Below, in pieces: positions 1 through 8,526 of a stretch of 55,955 bases of DNA. This DNA comes from a virus (Duplodnaviria; Caudoviricetes). Location: IMG/VR virus record IMGVR_UViG_3300044904_000040, positions 1 through 55,955 of that record; one strand, given 5' to 3'. The position numbers and the translations under genes are program-made. Under the pieces are notes generated by a model. The model searched no databases, was not told the DNA's origin, and saw nothing but the letters and a program-made list of their open reading frames with translations. Position 1 is the stretch's first letter; the number at the start of each line of letters is the position of its first letter.

Positions 1-161
1 CCCGAACCTAAAGCCCCAAGTGTATTGGAACTATTAAGTATAGTTGAGCCTGCCGGAACTTGAGCGGTAGGAAGTGACCCGTTAGAATTGCAATATGCGG
101 ATATTACAAATTCCGATGAACCGGAAGTATTTATCGTTGTCGAGATGTTGCCACTTGATCC
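1..161 (+). repeat. Terminal direct repeat, copy 1 (circular assembly overlap)
   Basis: 1..161 matches 55795..55955 except at positions 33/55827 (a/c) and 35/55829 (t/c). Confidence 0.97.
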
Positions 162-542
162 GTTATTAGCGGTAGGTGCCGGCAATGCCGTTGGGTCAAG
201 GTAAAACGATGTGGCCGAATATGCTGCCCAAGCAATCGCCAAGCCTGGGTCTGTGCCGCCGGTTGAAGTTGCAGTAATAGTTGCCCCGGAAAGTGGCGCA
301 GTCAGGATCGCATAGAAAAGGGCCGTCGTTGCATTGTAGCTAGAGCCGCCTGTTATCTGCGGTCCGATCTGGGACCATGAGACTCCGCCCCCGGATATGC
401 TGAGAGTGCCGGGCGCGCTGAAGAAGTTGGTAAAACCAACTGAGACAAAGACAATATTCCCGGTTCCGGCGGTGATGGTCGCCGTAGCGGTTAAGGCTGC
501 GGCATTTCCCGAACCAGATCCGACAAGGACCGGCGCTGGCAT
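1..542 (-). CDS. 5' part of a ~550 aa tail fibre/adhesion protein that wraps the origin (542->1, then 55794->54684)
   Basis: ATG at 542 (MPAPVLVGSGSGNAAALTATATITAG...) stays open to base 1 and continues in frame from 55794 into ORF 54684..55535; Ser/Thr/Gly-rich, lower GC; missed by the ORF track. Confidence 0.8.
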   Translation of the reverse strand, partial: MPAPVLVGSGSGNAAALTATATITAGTGNIVFVSVGFTNFFSAPGTLSISGGGVSWSQIGPQITGGSSYNATTALFYAILTAPLSGATITATSTGGTDPGLAIAWAAYSATSFYLDPTALPAPTANNGSSGNISTTINTSGSSEFVISAYCNSNGSLPTAQVPAGSTILNSSNTLGALGS

Positions 543-545
543 GGC

Positions 546-1025
546 TTACGGCAATTCTTCGAGCGTCACGGTGCCGCTGGCAGTGATACCTACTCCTGGT
601 GCGAGATCAAGTGACAGCACCAGTGCGCCAGACAGCGCCGAGACCGGCGGCCGGTTGACGTTCGGGGGCACCCACAGCACGCCGTTGATCAGGTTCCACT
701 GGTCGGACCAGAGATTGATTCCCGTTCCGCTGGTCGTGGCCTGGGTCGTGTCGTTGGTGCGGGCGGTGCAGGTTGCTGCGGCATCCCCTGGGTTGAGCGG
801 CGAGATTACACCCGCAGATCCGCCGCTGCCCGCTGTGACCGTCGGCGGCAGATACCGCAGGCGCCACCGCAGCGAACCGATCGTGGCCTGCGTCACCTGC
901 GACAACTCGATGGATTGGATGGCGACGATCTTGCTCGCGCCTGCGTAGATGGCGATGAGATCCTGCACGGCAGAGATTGAAACCGCGGTGAAGCCCACGC
1001 TGTAAAGCCGGCCCGAAGCAGCCAT
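546..1025 (-). CDS. Putative virion structural protein (159 aa)
   Basis: Within the tail operon, RBS GGAGG upstream, beta-rich Thr/Ser/Gly composition. Confidence 0.7.
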   Translation of the reverse strand: MAASGRLYSVGFTAVSISAVQDLIAIYAGASKIVAIQSIELSQVTQATIGSLRWRLRYLPPTVTAGSGGSAGVISPLNPGDAAATCTARTNDTTQATTSGTGINLWSDQWNLINGVLWVPPNVNRPPVSALSGALVLSLDLAPGVGITASGTVTLEELP

Positions 1026-1034
1026 TTTAGCCTC

Positions 1035-1688
1035 CTATGCCAAGCGTTGCCCGGCGAATGTCCAGTTCAAACTGGCGAGTGTGGCGTCAGGCGACGCCGG
1101 CGCATCAACTTCGATGATATCACCGATCAGGACGATCACGGCAGCGGTGAATGTGAAGGTGCCGACGATCGCGCTGCCCGCAATATTCAACGTGCCGACG
1201 ATGGTGCCATTGTGCTTCAGGTTCATCGCCACGGGGCCGGTCGGCGCTGCGGCGCACGCCAGCTTTGAACCAGATAGGCCCACCGGCAACACGAACGGAC
1301 GATCGGCGGTGAAGCGCCAGAGCGCATACGTTGGTGCGCCGATCAGGCCGGGAACATAGACCGCCATATCGTAGGATGGGAACAGTGGGGCGGATTTCTG
1401 CATTGCCGCGGCGACTCGCTTTTGCAGGTCGGAAACCTGAAGCTGCAAGGCGACAAGCTGCGGTGATGCTGCGACGGCTGGCGCCGCTATGGCGGCAGCA
1501 ACGGTAGTCTCCAACGCTGCCAGGGCGGCCTGCGTCTCGGTCAGCGTGGCCGTAGCATTGCCGCTGCCGGTCGATACATAGAGGTTGGATAGGAAGCGGA
1601 ACCAGACGGTATCGACCTTGTGCCCCGCTTGCGTGATCTGCTGCGTAGCTGTTGGGATCGAATAGTTCTGCTGGGCGGTCTGGCTCAC
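1035..1688 (-). CDS. Tail-associated protein with coiled-coil and C-terminal beta domain
   Basis: GTG start overlaps the upstream stop (GTGA); N-terminal 'WFRFLSNL' motif is typical of the gene following gp10-like genes; heptad region. Confidence 0.65.
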   Translation of the reverse strand: MSQTAQQNYSIPTATQQITQAGHKVDTVWFRFLSNLYVSTGSGNATATLTETQAALAALETTVAAAIAAPAVAASPQLVALQLQVSDLQKRVAAAMQKSAPLFPSYDMAVYVPGLIGAPTYALWRFTADRPFVLPVGLSGSKLACAAAPTGPVAMNLKHNGTIVGTLNIAGSAIVGTFTFTAAVIVLIGDIIEVDAPASPDATLASLNWTFAGQRLA

Positions 1689-3265
1689 GGCTCGAACTCG
1701 GCGCGGATGATCGCCACCCTGAACGGATCGGTGCAGGAAAGCTCGAAGATCCGGTCCAGGCCGGTCCCGCGCCGGGTCGATCCGAGGCGCTTGAACATGA
1801 CCCGCTGCGCCGTTGCGCCAACCGGGCCGGCGGCGCGGATCATCGTGTTGGACCATGTATGGCCGCCATCGTCGCTCCACCGAAGCATCAGTTGCGGAGC
1901 AGTGCCGTCGGGCACGCCGATGCCCGTCTCGATATCAATGGTCAGGGTGCTGAACCGCTGCGGAAACACGGTAGCCGTCGGTGTTGCGCGCCATGTGCGA
2001 AGCCACTTCCGTTGTGCTCCGTTATCAAGATTCTGGTCCATGTCGAACGTGTAGATATTCCCGTTTTGGAAATCTCCCACCATGATGTTGCTCGCCGGGG
2101 CTGCGGCCTGGGCGCCGGGTGGATCCGTCGGGCTGAAAGACAAGGGGCCATTCGTTTCAACAAAGGATCCGCCATAACCATTGTTCGCCGCAAACGTGTC
2201 CGCGGTCGATGGCAGGCCGCCGCCGGTGACGGTCAGGAATACCGCCGGCTGCACGCCCAAGGCCGCAGAGCCATCACCACCGAGATACTGAGCCCGGCCG
2301 GTGGGCGTAATGAACAGGTCCAGATTGGCGGCATTGGTGAAGTCGATGAAACTCGCCGTGGCGGTGAAGAACAGATCGGCAATCCCGGCTGAGATCCCTA
2401 CGGGAAGCGGAAGCGTCGTCGCCTGGGTCGTGGCGGTGAACCCGCTGTTGCCGAACGGCCCTAGTGCCTCAACCTGAAAGTCATATTCCGTGTCCGCCAG
2501 CAGGCCGCCGACAGTGTAGGTCATGCCGGGCAGGCCGGTAATCTGCGTCCATGACGTTGTGCCGGTCTGGCGGAACTGCAGCGTGTAGCTGGTAACGGTT
2601 CCGCCGCCTGATGTCCATTGGACCTCGATCGTGCTGACGGTTTCAGCAATGGCGGTCAGGACTGGCAATCCCGCAGCAGCCGGCGTGCCGATGATCGCGG
2701 CAATGCAGATTACCGTTCCAACGCCGGTTGAATTACCGAAGTTAATATTTGCTCCGCCATTAATGGACCAATAGCATGGGTTCGGGTTTACATTAAATAA
2801 TGCTTCAGCATTACATTGAGGCCCAGACAATGTTTGAAGGCCGACATTTGAATCGGTATTTATGGTCTCCAATAAATGATTAAGAGTGCATTCAAAATAT
2901 ACCGGGGCATTTAAATTTGATCCAATTGAATTTGCAAAAGATGTAAAAGACGAATTATTCGAAATTGACAGATTGCCATTCGTCAATTGCGTTCCAGGCG
3001 CGATAGATGCGGGATTCCAAGTGTCTCCTGCTCCCCAAGGGGCAAATCCAGTCGGCACAACCCCGACAAATAGCGTTCCACCGAAATTTGCGGTGATCTT
3101 GTCGCTATCGCCAAATTCGTAGATCATTCCTCCGCCAAAGGCATAGACTGGCAAGCCCGTATAGGGAACGCTGATGCCACCAACCTGCGTCGTGGGGTCC
3201 GCTGTGGGGCTACCGTTCCATTCTCCGGCAGCGCCGACGCGCGCCCAGACCTGCATCGTTGTCAT
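1685..3265 (-). CDS. C-terminal part of the P22 gp10-like tail hub/stabilization protein, fused to SPRY-like, FN3 and lectin-like segments
   Basis: C-terminal IMVGDFQNGNIY...PQLMLRWSDDGGHTWSN...FKRLG...DRIFELSCTDP is the gp10-family C-terminus; FN3 pattern IEVQWT...YTLQFR...YTVGGLLADTEYDFQVEA. Confidence 0.8.
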   Translation of the reverse strand: MTTMQVWARVGAAGEWNGSPTADPTTQVGGISVPYTGLPVYAFGGGMIYEFGDSDKITANFGGTLFVGVVPTGFAPWGAGDTWNPASIAPGTQLTNGNLSISNNSSFTSFANSIGSNLNAPVYFECTLNHLLETINTDSNVGLQTLSGPQCNAEALFNVNPNPCYWSINGGANINFGNSTGVGTVICIAAIIGTPAAAGLPVLTAIAETVSTIEVQWTSGGGTVTSYTLQFRQTGTTSWTQITGLPGMTYTVGGLLADTEYDFQVEALGPFGNSGFTATTQATTLPLPVGISAGIADLFFTATASFIDFTNAANLDLFITPTGRAQYLGGDGSAALGVQPAVFLTVTGGGLPSTADTFAANNGYGGSFVETNGPLSFSPTDPPGAQAAAPASNIMVGDFQNGNIYTFDMDQNLDNGAQRKWLRTWRATPTATVFPQRFSTLTIDIETGIGVPDGTAPQLMLRWSDDGGHTWSNTMIRAAGPVGATAQRVMFKRLGSTRRGTGLDRIFELSCTDPFRVAIIRAEFEP

Positions 3266-5133
3266 GGTGCGCTCGCTGGGATCAGATGCCAGGGCTGAGT
3301 GGCTACCGCGGCGATCGGGTTGGTGGAGGACCAGACTTCAGTGGTGGCCGGCACCGGCGCCTGGGTGCCGCCCTGGCCCGCATAGACCTGCAGGATTTGA
3401 GTCTGCGTGTCGATCGAGATGCCAAGCCACACCCAATCCGACCAACCGGAGAAATTGAAGGTGGCTTGGACGATCGCGGTGGCGCTGGCGTCGTAGGCGT
3501 TGACGATGATCTGCGGCGTGTGGGTCAGGTCGTTGAACATTTCGATCTGCAGGCCGCCGTTGGGTGGACCCGCATCGTTCGCCTGATTCGAGAAGATCAG
3601 GCCTGCCTTGCCGGCGACATCTGGCATGTAGAGCCATGTGGTGAACACTGCCGTCGTGAACGTCGCCGGCAGGCCGGTCAAACCCGCCGGGGTGGCCAAT
3701 TCCTGCGCGGGATAGGTCGATAGTTCGACGCCCTTCGGGAAATACGTCGATCCCGACACAAGGAAGCGCGCAAAGCAATTCGAGATATGCCGGCTATATT
3801 CCCCATTCGAGTATGACGCACGTTGATGCCAGCATGGATAGCCCATTTTGGCAGATGTGGTGAGGTCAAGAACCCAAGTTGTATCCGCAGTTGGGAAAGT
3901 AAGAACATAAAAGACGTGTCCTTCTTGCTGATATGCATACGCGATAGCATCGTTCACGACTGTATACTTAGCAAGTTCCTGTTCAATCTCGTGAGTGGAC
4001 TTCCTTACGGGGGAATATCCCTCCGACATGGCGACGAACCGATCGCCGGATGAATTTTGTCCAAGCCACAACAGCACTTGCCCGGTCTTCACCAGGGAGG
4101 CGGGCGCCGCGAGCCCGGACTCGATGAACACGCCCGTCGCACGCTGGAAAGTGAATCCCGCAACGCCGGCGTTCACCCATATCTCGATGTGCGTTTCCTT
4201 CATCAGCCAGAACTCGCGGGCGAGGTCGATGATCCCCACCAGGGCGTCCGGGGTGGCATCGGCTTTCGAGAAGTTCAGGGCTTGCCAGTTGGACAGATCA
4301 TCGAGATCCGACTGATACCACGATGTTGTGTCCGCCACGCCGACAACGCCGAAGCCATCCTGATATGAGGCCATCGACGGGAACCCGGTGAATGGCAACA
4401 GGATCGGGCCAACCTTCGTGCTGGCGCCGAATGTCGGGGTGGTGATGGTGATGCCGGCGCCGCTGCCCGATGTGGTGTTCTGCGTGAACGTCGTAGGCGT
4501 GCCGCTGAACAGGCCCGGTTGCGTGACGCTGAAAGCGGTGGCCACGCCCTCATAGGTGGCAGTGGTGGTGATCCCATTGACCGTGACGGAATAGGTGATG
4601 GTCTGGACAGCGGTGATCGTGATGATCGCCGTCATCGACTGGACGCCGCCCTGCTGTTGGAGGGTTACGGTGTCGCCAACCGCGTAGAGGGTGCCGCCAG
4701 GGTAGGGTGGGGCCGCCGCAGTGGCGATCACGCCGCCGGTGAGGGGCTTGCCGCCGGCGGCCACTAGTTCGGCTGTGGTGAGGTAGCCGGCATATCCATC
4801 GAACACCGCAAGCTGCGTGCCGTTGTCGATCATGGAGACAGGGCCGGTGGACGTGCTGAGATAGCCGAGGAACGTCGCCACCAGGGCCGGGGTGATGGCC
4901 CAAAGCTGCGGGCCTGACACGGCATACATCAACTCGCCCATGACATGCAGGCCGCGCTGTGGCCCTGGGCCGCAAGTCAGAAGGCGATCGAGCCCGGGCG
5001 TCATCAGCAAGTAGCCTGGGGATTTGCCGTCCTTCGACTCGATCACTTCGAGAAAAAGGTTGATCTCCTGCGCATCGGCCGCGTTGGTCGAGCGAGATAC
5101 GCCGAACGCGCCGAGGATGGGGGATTCTGCCAT
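3262..5133 (-). CDS. N-terminal part of the P22 gp10-like tail hub/stabilization protein, with inserted domains
   Basis: TPGL, GPVSMIDNG, KSTHEIE, AYAYQQEGHVFYVLTFP...WHQRAS...RHISNC motifs of the gp10 family. Confidence 0.85.
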   Translation of the reverse strand: MAESPILGAFGVSRSTNAADAQEINLFLEVIESKDGKSPGYLLMTPGLDRLLTCGPGPQRGLHVMGELMYAVSGPQLWAITPALVATFLGYLSTSTGPVSMIDNGTQLAVFDGYAGYLTTAELVAAGGKPLTGGVIATAAAPPYPGGTLYAVGDTVTLQQQGGVQSMTAIITITAVQTITYSVTVNGITTTATYEGVATAFSVTQPGLFSGTPTTFTQNTTSGSGAGITITTPTFGASTKVGPILLPFTGFPSMASYQDGFGVVGVADTTSWYQSDLDDLSNWQALNFSKADATPDALVGIIDLAREFWLMKETHIEIWVNAGVAGFTFQRATGVFIESGLAAPASLVKTGQVLLWLGQNSSGDRFVAMSEGYSPVRKSTHEIEQELAKYTVVNDAIAYAYQQEGHVFYVLTFPTADTTWVLDLTTSAKMGYPCWHQRASYSNGEYSRHISNCFARFLVSGSTYFPKGVELSTYPAQELATPAGLTGLPATFTTAVFTTWLYMPDVAGKAGLIFSNQANDAGPPNGGLQIEMFNDLTHTPQIIVNAYDASATAIVQATFNFSGWSDWVWLGISIDTQTQILQVYAGQGGTQAPVPATTEVWSSTNPIAAVATQPWHLIPASAP

Positions 5134-5861
5134 TACCGGCGATAGCTGTCCGTGTAGATGTTATAGGTGCCGGGCGCCCTCGCCATAATCTCGGGATCGT
5201 AGCGGACGATGTTCTGGCGGATGTTGGCGCGCTTGATCGCCGCCTTGCTGTCCATGGCTTCCTTCATGATCAGCGGGTCGATTTGCGCGGACTTGAAGTA
5301 AGGCTTCAGCGACACCGCGAGGTTGCTGGTCACAGCCAACTTGTAGCCGGGCGGCAGGCTCAACGGGGTGGTGAGCGATGCGAAGTCGGAGATTTGGAGA
5401 TAGGAATCGAAATACGCGGTGTATCCGATGTTGGGGATCGGATCGAAGTTGAGGATGCCGAGAGGGAACTGCGGATCGTAGAACACCACGTCGGGGAAAT
5501 TGCTGTTGGTGTTGCGGGATCCGCGGCTGTTCCACATCGACTGCGTGATGACGTCCACGCCATATTGGTTGCCGTTCTCATCAAGGATGTAGCAGGAACC
5601 GGGGCTAGATATGAGAGAGATAGGTCGGGTGCTGTTCACCATTCCACCGGGGCCGATCGTATATTGGAACACCCCGGGCGTGAACACCACGGACTGTTCC
5701 AATATCGCGAAGCACGTCAGCGACTCGTTCGACCAAGAATCCAGCATGTCGTTCATGACCGTCAATCCGCGCGCTGCATCTGCGGCGGTGATCGGCTCGC
5801 CAGGGGCATATTCACCCAGCTTTTCGAGCGCATCTTGGATCAGGTCGAGCGCGGTCGCCAT
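5133..5861 (-). CDS. Head-to-tail adaptor, P22 gp4-like
   Basis: TALDLIQDALEKLG...GE...GLTVMNDMLDSW N-terminus and LPPGY...NLAV motif; lies just before the gp10-like gene. Confidence 0.8.
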   Translation of the reverse strand: MATALDLIQDALEKLGEYAPGEPITAADAARGLTVMNDMLDSWSNESLTCFAILEQSVVFTPGVFQYTIGPGGMVNSTRPISLISSPGSCYILDENGNQYGVDVITQSMWNSRGSRNTNSNFPDVVFYDPQFPLGILNFDPIPNIGYTAYFDSYLQISDFASLTTPLSLPPGYKLAVTSNLAVSLKPYFKSAQIDPLIMKEAMDSKAAIKRANIRQNIVRYDPEIMARAPGTYNIYTDSYRR

Positions 5862-5865
5862 GGTG

Positions 5866-6585
5866 TCAGAACTCCAAGTTCAGAGGATCGACCGCGGCTG
5901 CAGACTTCCGCTCGGCGGCTTCAGCTTCAGCCGTTGCCGAGATCAGCTTTTCCAAGCTCCACCGGCGATCGACCTTCACGCCCGCCGCCAGGGCGCGTTC
6001 CTCGTAGGACTGGAATAGGGCGTCAACGGAGGTCGGCAACTTCTCGGGCGCAATCATGGGAGGGGGCGCCGATGCCATGGCGAAGGCGAGGTCGCCAACG
6101 GACTTGGTGAGGCCTGCAACCACGGCCTGCATCGCCGCCATGTTCTTGGCCATCGCCTCCATCTGGACGTTGGTGTCGGCCGGCTTGTTGGCATCTATCT
6201 CGGCCAACCGGCGGGCTTCGGCGCGAGCGCGGGACAGTTCCTTGGCGTTCTTCTCGATCGCCGCCCGTTCCTCGTCCTCGTTTTTCACAAGGATTTCGCC
6301 AACGAATTTGGGGAACTCTTGATGGCCGTGGTGGCGCATCGGGTCAGGTGCAGCGTGCGCCTGCACGAAGGCGGCGGGGTTGCTCTTGCCGCCGGGCACG
6401 TAGCCCTGTGCCTCATGGTATTCGCGCTGCTGCTCATTCTGGACCGTCACCGGCGGGAACTTCATCGCAGTGCCGAACGTCGCCGGCGTGCCCTTGCGCG
6501 CATCTTCAGACGTGCCGAGGGTCGCGGGCTGGAAGTTGGGATGCACCATCATCATGGGAAAGTGCTGGAATTGCTGTTCGGTCAT
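5866..6585 (-). CDS. Hypothetical virion morphogenesis protein
   Basis: Start MTEQQFQHFP coupled to the upstream stop; C-terminal GVKVDRRWSLEKL helical motif common in such phage proteins. Confidence 0.65.
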   Translation of the reverse strand: MTEQQFQHFPMMMVHPNFQPATLGTSEDARKGTPATFGTAMKFPPVTVQNEQQREYHEAQGYVPGGKSNPAAFVQAHAAPDPMRHHGHQEFPKFVGEILVKNEDEERAAIEKNAKELSRARAEARRLAEIDANKPADTNVQMEAMAKNMAAMQAVVAGLTKSVGDLAFAMASAPPPMIAPEKLPTSVDALFQSYEERALAAGVKVDRRWSLEKLISATAEAEAAERKSAAAVDPLNLEF

Positions 6586-6731
6586 GCCACGGCTCCCGGC
6601 ATCGGGCGGCTGAGATATCGGTTCAGCGCGCCGCGGAAGATGCTGATTCCTGGCGTCCAAGCGGCGATCGGCATGTTGCGCGAGGTCAGCGAAGTGCTGC
6701 AAAGCAAGGCGTTGCGATAAGTCGGTTTCAT
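6582..6731 (-). CDS. Small hypothetical protein (49 aa)
   Basis: GGAG RBS before ATG 6731; ATGA overlap with the next gene. Confidence 0.45.
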   Translation of the reverse strand: MKPTYRNALLCSTSLTSRNMPIAAWTPGISIFRGALNRYLSRPMPGAVA

Positions 6732-6834
6732 GGGAATCTCCTTTGTTTGAGAAAGGTTCCCCCCGATCCGGTTGCGGGATCGCTCGGGGGGCACACGATC
6801 AAACGCGGGGAGTGACCGCCCCGCACCGGATAGG

Positions 6835-8196
6835 TTAGCTGACCAAGCCGAGCGAGATCAACGCTGCCAGCAAAGCGTTCGATACGCTGGATTTGTTGCT
6901 GACAGCAACGCTCAACTCGGCGCCGCCGCCGGCTTCAAAGTTCACGACACCATACGTCTCCGCCGACGGCACGATCGCCGCAGCGGTGTTGTTCTGATAG
7001 GTGATCGCCAGGGTGTTCGTCGCAGACACGCGAACACCAACGATTGCCAGACCGGCTTGCAGCGAGGGTTTGGACACCAGAACGGGGGTTGCCGACACGA
7101 GCCCGGTGACAGTGAACGTCTGCTCGGCCGTGGTATTCGCTGCCACCGATGCGGGCGTCAGGGCAGGAGCGTAGGCCGTGCTCGGGACCGGCGGGGTGGT
7201 GCGGTTGATCGTCACCAAGTAGATTTCGCTTCCCGTCGGCGTTACAGGAGAGGCGGTCGCGTTGACGAAGCTGATGGCCACATGGCCGGCGCTGGAAACT
7301 CGGTAGCCAACGATTCCGATGCCGGCCTGCTCGGTCGGTTTCGAGACGCCCGCAACCACGTCGCTGGCGAGGATGCCCGTCACAGCAACGATCTGTTCTG
7401 CTGTGGTATTGGCCGCAACCGCCGCCAGCGTGCCGACGTTGATGCTGAAGATCATGGTTCCGTTGGCTGCGCCAAGCCCAACCATGTTCGCAAACAGGTA
7501 GGATTCGGCCGCCGTTGGGGTGATCGGGGAAGCGGTGTTGTTGAAGAACGTCACCGCAATGAGGTTCGGCAGGATCACGCGAACGGTCGATACGCCGAGC
7601 CCGGCCTGGGCGGTCGGCTTGTTGATGGCCAACACCGATCCGACCTGCACGTCGCCAAGGGGAACAGTGAACTGCTGTTCCACCGACGTATTCGCGGGGA
7701 CGGCGGCCGGGGTCAATGGGACGCTGAACACCAGGGAATTGCCGGAAGCAAGTTCGGTGACTTCATAGACTTCCGAGGCGGTCGGCGTGATCGAGCCGCT
7801 GGTATCGTTGCTGAACGTGATCGCCAGGGTATTGGCGGCGGAAACGCGCGCACCGGCAATTCCGAGCCCTGCCTGTGCCGTTGGTTTGTTCACAATCACC
7901 AGCGATGTCGTGCCGACGAGGCCGTTCACGGTGAACGTCTGCTCGGCCGTGGTATTCGCCGCTACAGCGGAAGGCGACAAGGTAGGCGTGTAGGTATTCA
8001 GCGTGCCAATGCCGCCCGTCGATGAAAGGCCGGCGGGCTGGGCAACAGGGGCGGCGCCAAAGAACGCCAGCAAAGCGGGGTTGCCGGCCGCGTCGGTGGC
8101 GGGGTTCACCACAACGCCGGTGGTGCTGCCATTTGCAAGCTGCTGCACCTGATTGGAAATTGAAGCCGGAAGGGTAGACGGGAAAGCGCGGGGCAT
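6835..8196 (-). CDS. Putative capsid decoration protein with four tandem ~90 aa repeats
   Basis: Four copies of V(A/P)ANT(T/S)xEQ...KPxxQAG(L/I)...RV...N.T...P; two genes downstream of the coat. Confidence 0.75.
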   Translation of the reverse strand: MPRAFPSTLPASISNQVQQLANGSTTGVVVNPATDAAGNPALLAFFGAAPVAQPAGLSSTGGIGTLNTYTPTLSPSAVAANTTAEQTFTVNGLVGTTSLVIVNKPTAQAGLGIAGARVSAANTLAITFSNDTSGSITPTASEVYEVTELASGNSLVFSVPLTPAAVPANTSVEQQFTVPLGDVQVGSVLAINKPTAQAGLGVSTVRVILPNLIAVTFFNNTASPITPTAAESYLFANMVGLGAANGTMIFSINVGTLAAVAANTTAEQIVAVTGILASDVVAGVSKPTEQAGIGIVGYRVSSAGHVAISFVNATASPVTPTGSEIYLVTINRTTPPVPSTAYAPALTPASVAANTTAEQTFTVTGLVSATPVLVSKPSLQAGLAIVGVRVSATNTLAITYQNNTAAAIVPSAETYGVVNFEAGGGAELSVAVSNKSSVSNALLAALISLGLVS

Positions 8197-8212
8197 GGGG
8201 ATGTTCCTCAGT

Positions 8213-8515
8213 TCACAGGGAGATCAGGGATTCCGAAATCGTTTCCTCGCGGTGCGCGCCGACGCGATCGTTGGCTCGGTCTTCCCTGGTGAACGGCGAA
8301 CCGTGCGACAGCTTGAAAACCTTGACCAACCGCGGATTGCGCCACTGCTTTTCCTTTCCGTCGATGATGAAGCGGTTGATCTGCTCCATCAGTGGCTCAA
8401 GGAACTTCTTCAACATGCGCGGCCCGATCGGGATCTCTCGCTTTCCCAGCTTGGGATGATTGTCATCCACCCAAATCTGGTAGAGTTGCTGGTCCTGGGG
8501 ATCGGGCTGCGACAT
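8213..8515 (-). CDS. Hypothetical protein
   Basis: RBS GGAG before ATG 8515, directly after the coat gene. Confidence 0.6.
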   Translation of the reverse strand: MSQPDPQDQQLYQIWVDDNHPKLGKREIPIGPRMLKKFLEPLMEQINRFIIDGKEKQWRNPRLVKVFKLSHGSPFTREDRANDRVGAHREETISESLISL

Positions 8516-8526
8516 GTTGCTCTCCA

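Noticed and set aside
1-161. Terminal repeat pair as a DGR template/variable repeat
   Set aside because: No reverse transcriptase gene seen; one of the two changes is T->G on the coding strand, not adenine-specific; the repeat is explained by circular overlap
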